DNA of 64,000 bases from Rhodospirillaceae bacterium (lineage in GTDB: Bacteria > Pseudomonadota > Alphaproteobacteria > Rhodospirillales > JABJKH01), in the NCBI GenBank assembly GCA_018660465.1, contig JABJKH010000041.1, positions 6,650 through 70,649 of the forward strand. The letters run 5' to 3'. The translations under genes and the position numbers were made by a program. This document shows positions 54,811 through 63,024 of this stretch, piece by piece. Under the pieces are notes generated by a model, which saw only the letters and a program-made list of their open reading frames with translations, had not been told where the DNA came from and did not search any database. Within the stretch, counting starts at the first letter, position 1; every line of letters begins with the position of its first letter.

Positions 54811-54840
54811 AAAAAAAGGCCCGCCTTTATTGAGCGGACC
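54811..54840 (-). terminator. Rho-independent terminator after the GrdB-like gene
   Basis: On the minus-strand RNA: GGUCCGC-UCAAUAAAG-GCGGGCC followed by UUUUUUUAUUU. It lies 29 nt past the stop at 54869-54871. Confidence 0.6.
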
Positions 54841-54868
54841 TTTCTTTAAGCAGTCTACTTTAGTTCCG

Positions 54869-56086
54869 TCAAACGTGTTTCAACATTGCGTTCGGAACGT
54901 AGGCCGTTCGTCCCATTGTTTGCAGGGCCTCGGTCTCATGACCCAGGCACAGTTCCCGCAATTTGATGAACAGCTTTCCGGCAAGGGTTTCTCCGTAATA
55001 CCAATCACTGATTTGAACATCGGAAACACTTCCGGGTTTCGCCATTGCCGCCTGATAATAGAAATATTTCAGATCATCAGCGGTTAGCTTCAACGCACGG
55101 CCAATTGGCTGGCCTTCCATGAAGCTGTCGATGCTCGGGTCGTCAACAAAGCTAACTAGGAAATCGATGATCTCCTCGGGCGAATATTCGGTCAGACCAT
55201 CTAATCTCCGACCCTTAAAGTTCTTGATCGATTCTTCATACCACGGACGCAGCAGGACGACTTCTTGCTTCAAATCCAAGGCGAGTTTTTCTGCATCGCT
55301 TAGATCATTCTGTGGAGCCGCCAAGTTTACCGGGCAGGTCCAGCCTTCCATATCCGCCGGTGGCCCCGGAGGCGCATCGGGGAAATCTTCGATGAACGGC
55401 CCGTCATTGCGTTCGAGCAATTTAAGCGCACCCAACAGGACCCGGCGTTGAAAATCCGGCTCATTCGGCGCGCCAAACGGACGCCCCAGTTCAAACGGTA
55501 CGAACAGTGCCCGCGGTGGACGCAGGCCTTCGGTGTGTTTTCGGATCAAGCTGATTTGCGTCGTCGGCAAACCTTCGCGTTCCAAGTAGTGTGCCAGCCC
55601 GCCCACGGCGCGCGTGCATTGAGGTCAAACGCCAGCGAGGATAACCCCGGTCACGTTGTCACTTTTCAAAAGTCCCGCCAGATCCTTGGAAACAGCAGCA
55701 TGTGCCATCGGCGGTGTCGCCCCCATAAAGGCGTAATGATAGTCGGCAACTTCGCCAACATCGCCACTTGCTGCCAGTTCTCTCAAACGCTCAATCGGGA
55801 AGACAATGTTGAGGTCCTGTTGAAATCCCGTGCGATCAAAGTTGGTGGAAACGTGGCTCATGATCAGATCATCCATATCCGTATCGTTGGGGATGATTCG
55901 GTATTCACCGACACCTGGGGTGAATTCTTTATCTTCGCGGCGGTGCAAACCTGCCGTTGTAATGATCGCGACTTTTCGTTCGTTGAGCGCCGGGCCATCA
56001 GCGCAAGTTGTATCGTCATAATCAGGCAGATCCTGATTGACGATCATGTTGCGCTGCTTTTCCGGCATGTCTGATAAATGGGCCAT
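54869..56086 (-). CDS. GrdB/PrdB-like (glycine/sarcosine/betaine/D-proline reductase selenoprotein B family) predicted selenoprotein, U-x-x-C (TGA at 55625-55627)
   Basis: ORFs 55625-56086 and 54869-55606 are in one frame, and the 18-nt gap has no other stop. The joined sequence is ...NVTGVILAGV-U-PQCTRAVGGLAHYLEREGLPTTQ.... Family-typical stretches VAIITTAGLH, MSHVSTNFDRTGFQQD.N and FPIERLRELA are present. Confidence 0.75.
55592..55618 (-). promoter_or_regulatory. Candidate SECIS stem-loop for the GrdB-like TGA
   Basis: On the minus-strand RNA, UGCACGCGCGCC-GUG-GGCGGGCUGGCA can form an interrupted GC-rich stem of about 11 bp with a GUG apical loop. It starts 6 nt after the UGA. It was folded by eye only. 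Confidence 0.3.
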
Positions 56087-56200
56087 AATAATCCTTTGGC
56101 TATGCCTAAGTTAAGTTGTTGGGAATTGAGCGAATAGTCCTGTGCGGGGGCCTTTCGATCAAGGTCTCATCGCAAAAATTTATGCGGACTTTGTTCACAT

Positions 56201-56521
56201 TTACGAGAACGTTGCCAATTCTTTGGTTTTGACCGCAGTCGACTGCCGCATCATTTCTTCGGCGATCTCGATCAGGTCTTTCTTATAGGCGTCTGCATCA
56301 AAGCCATCTTCAAAATAGCCTTCTTCGACGCCCCGGTCGACCGTGCTCAGCGCGTACCAGATCACTTCATATACCTTGTCATAGCAAAATGAGTTCGCAC
56401 CGCCTTCAAGAACCTGTATTCCTGCGAGATCAAACAGGCCGGCATCCTCTCTGTTTGATCCATTTGAAAGGGCCGTGGCCGTGGCTTCTTGGGTCAAGCG
56501 CAAGATCAAGTCGGTATTCAT
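56201..56521 (-). CDS. Hypothetical protein between selU and the GrdB-like gene
   Basis: From the ATG at 56521 the product is 106 aa (MNTDLILRLTQEATATALSNG...). The longer ORF-track version would overlap selU. No family was recognised. Confidence 0.4.
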   Translation of the reverse strand: MNTDLILRLTQEATATALSNGSNREDAGLFDLAGIQVLEGGANSFCYDKVYEVIWYALSTVDRGVEEGYFEDGFDADAYKKDLIEIAEEMMRQSTAVKTKELATFS

Positions 56522-56558
56522 ATTGCTGTCCTTAAAATGTGGATTTTGTACGCAGCGC

Positions 56559-57671
56559 TCACAATAGGCTTCTTTCTTTGGCCCACTCAAGCACCTCATC
56601 ATACGATCCGTGAAATATGATTTTATCGGATTGTTTGCCGAGTTGGTATTCACACATCGGGTCGTAATAATCAGCCAACAGCGCCACGATCCAGCCTTCG
56701 TGATCACTGGTGTCGTCCTGTTCTTCCTGCTTCTTCAGCGCGGCGTCCATCAAGGCCGAAATCTTTTGGTATCTTTCCAGCCCCAGCCGCCGTTTCACGC
56801 GCATAAGACTTTGAGTTAAATAATCGACAAACAGCTCAAACCCATTGTCTGGATGCGCCTCCAGGAACTCCTGCGTCATTTCAATGACATACTCCCGCAA
56901 GATGCATTGCACCCGGTCCGCCACCGGCATTTCCACGATCGCCACATCAGCCGCGCGCATTTTATCGTAGAAATCTTTTGGGATTGTACTGGGGCCAATC
57001 GACTGGCTTTCATCTTCGACGATTAAAGTGCGGCCTTGAAAGGCGTGGCGCTTCTGCAGCAATTCAATGCCGAGAGCGTTCTCAAAATCAATTTGTGACG
57101 GCACACCGGAAACCCTGTAGCCAAAGCTTGAGCCGCGATGATTGGCATGACCTTCCAAATCGATGCTGAAGTCGACGGCATTGACCAGGGCCGTCTTCCG
57201 GGTGCCCGTCTTGCCGCCGATCCGGATGATCGGCACTTCTGCCGCCGCCTTATCAATTGTGTCGATCAACAGCCGCCGGAGCGCCTTGAACCCACCATCG
57301 ATCAAGGGCACATCGACCCCTGCTTCATGCATCCATTGTCGGGCATAATTGGACCGCATGCCGCCGCGCCAGCAATACATGTGGGTGTTCGCGTTGGCCT
57401 TGGCGAAGTCGCACCAGGCTTGAATGCGTTGATCCTTGGTGTCGCCCGCGACCAACTTGTGGCCCAGTTCGACCGCGGCTTCCCGACCCTTCTGCTTATA
57501 GCAGGTGCCGACCAATTGACGTTCGTCGTCGTTTAGGATTGGGATGTTTTTAGACGTTGGAAAACCACCCTTGGCAAATTCAACCTCCGCCCGCACATCC
57601 AAAAACGGCGTGTGCGCCAGAAACAGATCCCTAAATTCTTCAGAACGAACGATGTGGTCTAGCATTTTCAA
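56559..57671 (-). CDS. selU: tRNA 2-selenouridine synthase (SelU/MnmH/YbbB)
   Basis: N-terminal rhodanese domain with the active-site loop YCWRGGMRS, then the P-loop GGKTGTRKT. Length is 370 aa and the overall pattern matches the YbbB family. Confidence 0.85.
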   Translation of the reverse strand: MKMLDHIVRSEEFRDLFLAHTPFLDVRAEVEFAKGGFPTSKNIPILNDDERQLVGTCYKQKGREAAVELGHKLVAGDTKDQRIQAWCDFAKANANTHMYCWRGGMRSNYARQWMHEAGVDVPLIDGGFKALRRLLIDTIDKAAAEVPIIRIGGKTGTRKTALVNAVDFSIDLEGHANHRGSSFGYRVSGVPSQIDFENALGIELLQKRHAFQGRTLIVEDESQSIGPSTIPKDFYDKMRAADVAIVEMPVADRVQCILREYVIEMTQEFLEAHPDNGFELFVDYLTQSLMRVKRRLGLERYQKISALMDAALKKQEEQDDTSDHEGWIVALLADYYDPMCEYQLGKQSDKIIFHGSYDEVLEWAKERSLL

Positions 57672-57867
57672 AGTCGTATTTCCGGCAGGTGAGCCTAGGA
57701 CATACCGGAAACGACCGACCTTTTAAATGAAAACTAGATAACGACATAGTGAATATCTAATTATAAACCATCACGTGACCTAAAAGCAGACAGCGGTATA
57801 TTTTATGGATTAGGTAGCAAATTGGGATTAAATTGATATCGGCACAAGGGTTCGGGAGCTGAAGATT

Positions 57868-59004
57868 TTGAATTTATCGAGCAAAAGCAAAGACTTGGAA
57901 GGAATTAAAGAACTCAAGAGTGAGTTGAAAGACCTCCGCGCGCGCCTTGCTCAGTCCGAAGAAAACCTTAGCCAGCTTCGTGATCTTGCTGCCCGCGAAG
58001 ATGCACAGCGCGACATAAATGAAGCAAAAACCAATAAGTCGATGAATGATCTGGCGACTGAGGTCTTCGCCCGAATTCAAGCAGAAGAAAAATTAAAGGC
58101 GAGTGAGCAACATCTTCTTGATGCAATTGAAAGCCTACAGGAAGGGTTTGCGCTGTTTGATAAGGACGACAAGCTGGTCCTCTACAATGAGGAATATGTA
58201 CGGTTGCACGCGTTCATGGGCGATTTCCTAAAGCTCGGGAACTCTTTTGAAGAAATGGTTCGTTATAATGTGAAGCGTGGAAAAATCCTGACAGCCATCG
58301 ATCGAGAGGAAGATTTTGTAAAAGAGCGCGTCCAGCTGCACCGCAATCCCAGCGGTCCGATCATTCGGGCCTGGGAACATGGGACGTGGTACATCATCAA
58401 CGAATCAAAAACGCCCGACGGCGGGATTATTCAGACCTTTAGTGATATTACCGATTTAAAACGCGCCGAGGAACAAATCAGCCACATGGCGAACCACGAT
58501 GCGTTGACGGGACTTCCAAGTCTGCGCCTCGGCAAAGACCGGCTGACCAGCGCTGTCGCCCATGCCCACCGCCATGACTCTAAGGTAGCATTGATGTTTG
58601 TTGATTTGGACGGCTTTAAGGAAGTGAACGACACGATCGGTCACGATGCCGGCGATGAAGTGCTGGTGGGTGTCGCCAAGCGGCTTACAGATTGCGTCCG
58701 GGAAACAGATACGGTCGCCCGAATTGGCGGCGATGAATTTACCGTCGTGATTACAGAAGTTTCAGACAAAGACGCCATCGCCAATGTGGCCAAAAAGATT
58801 ATCGACAGTGTCTCGGAACCGTTTATCCTAAGCGATGGCGCTGCCCAGACAACCATCGGGGCCAGCGTCGGCATCGCCATTTATCCCGACCATGGCAAAA
58901 ACGCCGAAGCCCTTGTTCGATTGGCCGATAAGGCAATGTATACGGTGAAACGGCGTGGCAAAAACAACTACGTCTTTGTCGATGAAATAGACCCAGAAGA
59001 CTAA
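57868..59004 (+). CDS. Coiled-coil-PAS-GGDEF diguanylate cyclase
   Basis: N-terminal coiled coil, a PAS block similar to those of the big kinases (LQEGFALFDKDDKLVLYNE), and a GGDEF domain (RIGGDEF). The annotated start is TTG and is uncertain. Confidence 0.85.
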   Translation: MNLSSKSKDLEGIKELKSELKDLRARLAQSEENLSQLRDLAAREDAQRDINEAKTNKSMNDLATEVFARIQAEEKLKASEQHLLDAIESLQEGFALFDKDDKLVLYNEEYVRLHAFMGDFLKLGNSFEEMVRYNVKRGKILTAIDREEDFVKERVQLHRNPSGPIIRAWEHGTWYIINESKTPDGGIIQTFSDITDLKRAEEQISHMANHDALTGLPSLRLGKDRLTSAVAHAHRHDSKVALMFVDLDGFKEVNDTIGHDAGDEVLVGVAKRLTDCVRETDTVARIGGDEFTVVITEVSDKDAIANVAKKIIDSVSEPFILSDGAAQTTIGASVGIAIYPDHGKNAEALVRLADKAMYTVKRRGKNNYVFVDEIDPED

Positions 59005-59040
59005 CCCTATACAGATAAGTACAGGTTCAGCTAAGAGGTC

Positions 59041-59361
59041 TTAGTTGAACAAGCTAAGGATTGTTTTCTCTGATTCGCCAGCGAACGATTGGCCGTCGTT
59101 ATCTAGTTTTTGACGAACATCAAGCGCCAGCAACTTAGCCGCTTCTTCGGAAATGCTCGGGCCATTTTCTATGTCTTCGATTGATGGCGCAGCATCGGCT
59201 AACTTTTTGGCCCCCGCATCAACGTTAACGCGCGCCGCGTCATCGTCACGTTTATCTTCCGCCTGTCGAGAATCATCTTCGGCCTTTTTTTCGAAAACCG
59301 CTGTCTTACGGAGGGCGACGAGATCGCTGGCCAGCGCGGTCGAGACTTTAATGTCTACCAT
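59041..59361 (-). CDS. Hypothetical acidic protein
   Basis: 106-aa ORF rich in D, E, A and K. No family was recognised. Confidence 0.4.
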   Translation of the reverse strand: MVDIKVSTALASDLVALRKTAVFEKKAEDDSRQAEDKRDDDAARVNVDAGAKKLADAAPSIEDIENGPSISEEAAKLLALDVRQKLDNDGQSFAGESEKTILSLFN

Positions 59362-59477
59362 CTTTTTTCTGCCTATTACTTCGTGCTTTCAGCACGACAA
59401 CACATATCACTAAGACCGCATACTATTACCTAAGTGCCTCATTTTGCAACAAAAATTTAATAGACCGCAAGTTATAC

Positions 59478-60287
59478 CTAAATAGGTGGCATATACCCAC
59501 ACGTCAGTCCGCCGTCGATTACGAACTCTGACCCGGTCATCATCCGCGATTCGTCGGATGCCAAATAGACAATGCCGTAGGTGACATCTTCGGTTTCCAG
59601 AATTTCGCCCAGCGGCACCAAGTCGGCCAATGTTTGATAGGCTTCTTCTTCATTGCCGACCGCATCGGTAAATCGTTGCAACAAAGGTGTCTTGATAAAC
59701 GTCGGATGCACCGAATTGCAGCGGATATTGTACTTGTGACGGGCACAATGAAGGGCAATGGATTTTGTCATGGAGCAAACCGCCGCCTTCGCCGTGCCAT
59801 AGCCAAGGGTTAAAGGATTGCCCAGAATCCCAACGGTGGAAGAGATATTGATAATCGAGCCGCCGCCGCTGTCTCTCATATATGGAAGCGCCAGTTTACA
59901 GCCCCAGAACACGCTATCGACGTCAATTTCCTGAAGTTTTTTCCACTCCGCAAAGTCGGTGGATTCGATATCGCCGCCGATGCTGATGCCGGCGTTGTTG
60001 ACCAGCACGTTCAGGCCGCCGAATTCTGACTGGACGAGGTCCAGCGCCGTCTTCCAATCGTTTTCGTTCGTCGCATCATGCTTCGCAGCAATCGCGGCGC
60101 CAGCCCCGTCTGTACTAGGCCGCTCTGCGTTTATCATCTCCGCCGTCTCCTTGGCGGTCTCTTCATTGAGATCAGAAGCAACAACGCTTGCGCCTTCCTT
60201 TGCAAGGTGGCGCGCAGCGGCACGGCCCAGCCCTGATCCTGCTCCGGTCACCAACGCAATTTTCCCCGCGACACGACCTGAATTCAT
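59478..60287 (-). CDS. Short-chain dehydrogenase/reductase (SDR)
   Basis: VTGAGSGLGRA, NNAG and YGTAKAA motifs. Confidence 0.85.
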   Translation of the reverse strand: MNSGRVAGKIALVTGAGSGLGRAAARHLAKEGASVVASDLNEETAKETAEMINAERPSTDGAGAAIAAKHDATNENDWKTALDLVQSEFGGLNVLVNNAGISIGGDIESTDFAEWKKLQEIDVDSVFWGCKLALPYMRDSGGGSIINISSTVGILGNPLTLGYGTAKAAVCSMTKSIALHCARHKYNIRCNSVHPTFIKTPLLQRFTDAVGNEEEAYQTLADLVPLGEILETEDVTYGIVYLASDESRMMTGSEFVIDGGLTCGYMPPI

Positions 60288-60433
60288 TTTTTCCTCCAGC
60301 GATAATTAACCTGAATAGTTTTTAGGCTTTTATCGACCGGCTTACACGACGAAAGCGGGCGACCGACCTAAAAAGCGTGGACATCGTATTGGGATCAGGC
60401 TTTTATCTGGCCAAATTCATAGGAGGATATTTC

Positions 60434-61120
60434 ATGAGCTTAGTATTTTCGTCTGTTGGCACGCCGTCGGTTGCCATCGAAGGATCAGAGGATCGTTACC
60501 CCGCCCGTCGTTTATATTGCATCGGCCAGAATTACGCCGAGCACGCCCGTGAAATGGGCTACAACCCGGACCGGGAACCGCCGTGCTTCTTTATGAAGCC
60601 TGCGGATTCCCTGTTGCCCAGCGGCGAAGACTTCCCCTATCCCCCTGCCACCAACGACGTTCACCATGAAATCGAACTGGTCGTCGCCCTTGGCAAGGAA
60701 GGCCATGATATTTCAGCAGACGACGCGCTCGACTACATCTACGGCTATGCGGTCGGCCTGGATATGACCCGGCGGGATTTACAAGGCCAAGCCAAGGAAC
60801 AAAGATTCCCATGGGAAACCGGCAAAGCCTTCGATAACTGCGCGCCCATCGCGCCGATCGTTCCGGCATCAAAAATCGGCCATCCGACCGAGGGACGGAT
60901 TTGGTTGGACGTCAATGGCGAGCCACGTCAGGAAGGCGACATCAATCAATTGATCTGGGATATTCCGGAAACCATCTCATATCTCTCGAAACAATACACG
61001 CTCATGCCCGGCGACTTGATCTTCACCGGCACCCCCGCAGGTGTTGGCCCGATCAGCAAAGGCGAAACCATGGAAGGCGGCATCGAAGGCGTCGGCACCA
61101 TCAAGATCGCCGTGGTTTAG
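60434..61120 (+). CDS. Fumarylacetoacetate hydrolase (FAH) family protein
   Basis: ATG at 60434 preceded by AGGAGG. RLYCIGQNYAEHAREMG, HHEIELVV and PGDLIFTGTPAGVG are typical of the FAH family. Confidence 0.8.
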   Translation: MSLVFSSVGTPSVAIEGSEDRYPARRLYCIGQNYAEHAREMGYNPDREPPCFFMKPADSLLPSGEDFPYPPATNDVHHEIELVVALGKEGHDISADDALDYIYGYAVGLDMTRRDLQGQAKEQRFPWETGKAFDNCAPIAPIVPASKIGHPTEGRIWLDVNGEPRQEGDINQLIWDIPETISYLSKQYTLMPGDLIFTGTPAGVGPISKGETMEGGIEGVGTIKIAVV

Positions 61121-61160
61121 GAGACGGCTCAATTTGAGCGAATAAAAACGGAGTGCGTTT

Positions 61161-61586
61161 CTATTTCTCATCCAACCATACATTGCCGGCCTCATTCGTG
61201 TTCCCGACACCAATGTAGCAGAAGACCAAGACGGATTCTTCATCCTCCGAAGGGTTAGCGATGACGTGAACGGTGCCTGCGGGAATGAAAATGAAGTCGC
61301 CAGCTTCCAGCACCATGTCTTTCCGATGGCTCAAATCGCTGCGCGCGAACCACGCTTTGATCTTTCCTGAAACAACATGCCAGCAAACATTATTATTACC
61401 ATGATAGTGAGTTGGGTCGGGCTCCCCACCCGGGGGCAGTATGGTACGCCCCATGATCGCGTTGGCACCTTCAACGGTTTCATCATTAATTCCAAACCCG
61501 ATCTGTAGGGGAGGTTCATATTTTACATCCGTCCCGATCTCGCTTGGACGAATAATCGTTGGATTTTGTTGCTCCAAGGGAACCAT
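61161..61586 (-). CDS. Cupin domain protein
   Basis: 141 aa with THYHGNNNVCWHVVSG and AGDFIFIPAGTVH cupin motifs. Confidence 0.7.
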   Translation of the reverse strand: MVPLEQQNPTIIRPSEIGTDVKYEPPLQIGFGINDETVEGANAIMGRTILPPGGEPDPTHYHGNNNVCWHVVSGKIKAWFARSDLSHRKDMVLEAGDFIFIPAGTVHVIANPSEDEESVLVFCYIGVGNTNEAGNVWLDEK

Positions 61587-61660
61587 ATCTGTCTCCTTCT
61601 ACCTGATATATTTTTGTCAATCTATATGTTAGGCGTGTGTTCCTGGGGATCTAGAGCCCC

Positions 61661-62518
61661 CTAATTTGACCGCGCAAGAACCGACTTTGCTTGCTTATAC
61701 ATGGCGTAGTCGATGAGCTTGCCATTCACTTGAACTGCGGCCTCGCCATTTTTTTCTGCCACTTCGAATTCTTCCACGGCTTTTTGGTAGTGGGCAAGTT
61801 CAACTTCGGGCAAAGCATACGCTTCTCGTGCAACCGCAATGTGCGACGGATGGATCAGGGTCCGGCCATCATATCCAAGACGACGGGACAGCGTACAATC
61901 CGCCCGCAATGCATCAAGGTCCTTAACCGCGCTGAACGCGCCATCAAGAACATAAGGCAGCTTCGCCGCGCGGGCTTCTAATAAAACCTTGGATCGGGCA
62001 TACATCATTTCCGTCCCTTCGATTGAAAACCCACAGCCCAGTTCACGTTGCAAATCACCATCTTCGGCGCTGCCAAAAGCGACGCTTTCAACACGCGTGG
62101 CAGAGGTCGCCAGATCGTAGCAGCGCATCACGCCGAGCACAGATTCCATCATCAATATGAATTTGATCGAGTCAGGCTCATACCCTTGGTCTTTTTCGAT
62201 CTTGGTCACAATTCGGTCCGCGTCCTTAATCACATCCACATCTTCAGCCATGGGAATAAGAATGCAGTTGATCTTATCAGACGCGACCGCCTTCAGATCG
62301 TCTTCGATAAGGTCAGGTTCGTTGTTGATGCGAACAATCGGCGGCAGGGAAAGTTGCGGAATGAGATCAGCAATTCGGGTGCGCGTTTCCGCCTTCATAT
62401 CCATCGGAACGGTATCCTCAAGGTCGATGATGATCGCGTCCGGTTCGTACTTTGCCGATTTGAGGATCATGTCCTCACGAGTTCCGGGAATATAAAGGGT
62501 GATCAGCGGTTTTGACAT
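61661..62518 (-). CDS. HpcH/HpaI aldolase / citrate lyase beta (CitE)-like acyl-CoA lyase
   Basis: 285 aa. PG...DMILKS..Y.PDAIIIDLEDTV, VRIN and MMESV motifs of the CitE/malyl-CoA lyase family. Confidence 0.8.
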   Translation of the reverse strand: MSKPLITLYIPGTREDMILKSAKYEPDAIIIDLEDTVPMDMKAETRTRIADLIPQLSLPPIVRINNEPDLIEDDLKAVASDKINCILIPMAEDVDVIKDADRIVTKIEKDQGYEPDSIKFILMMESVLGVMRCYDLATSATRVESVAFGSAEDGDLQRELGCGFSIEGTEMMYARSKVLLEARAAKLPYVLDGAFSAVKDLDALRADCTLSRRLGYDGRTLIHPSHIAVAREAYALPEVELAHYQKAVEEFEVAEKNGEAAVQVNGKLIDYAMYKQAKSVLARSN

Positions 62519-62986
62519 TCAGGCGCTCCGATCTTCATCAGCAGGCTTGCGCTTGATCAGGAAGGCCAGAACCCCTTCCTGCACGACTTCGCCGCGTTGG
62601 TTGATAACTTCCATTGCGCGTTTCATGACGCCGCGGTCAGGCTTGGAGGTTTCGCGCTTCTCCAGAACCTTGACGCGGACGTGGAGGGTGTCCCCAGGAA
62701 TTGTATGCTTGGTAAATTTCAAACTGTCGAAGCCAAGAAAGGCAATCAGCGTGTCATCATAAAGGTGCAACTGAAACAGCAACCCGGCCGAAATTGCGTA
62801 GACGAGGGGCCCTGGCAAAATACGTGTGCCAAACTGGGTCGTTTTGCAATATTCCTCATTGACATGCAGCGGGTTGTGATCCCCTGACAGAGCCGTGAAA
62901 TTGACCATATCGGTTTCGGTAACCGTTCTCTGGGCGGTTACGAATTCCGCGCCGACGTCCCATTCTTCCCAGTATAAACCTGTCAT
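62519..62986 (-). CDS. MaoC-like hydratase (hotdog fold)
   Basis: 155 aa with LSGDHNPLHVNEEY. Its stop abuts the lyase start (62518/62519). Confidence 0.8.
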   Translation of the reverse strand: MTGLYWEEWDVGAEFVTAQRTVTETDMVNFTALSGDHNPLHVNEEYCKTTQFGTRILPGPLVYAISAGLLFQLHLYDDTLIAFLGFDSLKFTKHTIPGDTLHVRVKVLEKRETSKPDRGVMKRAMEVINQRGEVVQEGVLAFLIKRKPADEDRSA

Positions 62987-63024
62987 TCTTATCTCCTCGT
63001 TCGAGCGACATTCGCAAAATAAAA

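Noticed and set aside
11919-56086. Reading the three split genes (peroxiredoxin, AhpD-like, GrdB-like) as pseudogenes, frameshifts or sequencing errors.
   Set aside because: In all three cases both halves are in the same frame and the only interruption is TGA, never TAA or TAG. The TGA falls on a redox-active Cys position of the family and a hairpin follows. A selenium-utilisation gene (selU) is also present. Decay would not produce that pattern three times, but the presence of selA/B/C/D elsewhere in the genome still needs confirming.
37035-59361. The small proteins at 37035-37472 and 59041-59361 as a family mimicking the flagellin C-terminus (their ends ...SSLSLIL and ...KTILSLFN recall flagellin ...LSLLR).
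   Set aside because: The resemblance rests on 4-5 terminal residues only and there are no flagellar genes nearby. That is too weak to report as a finding.
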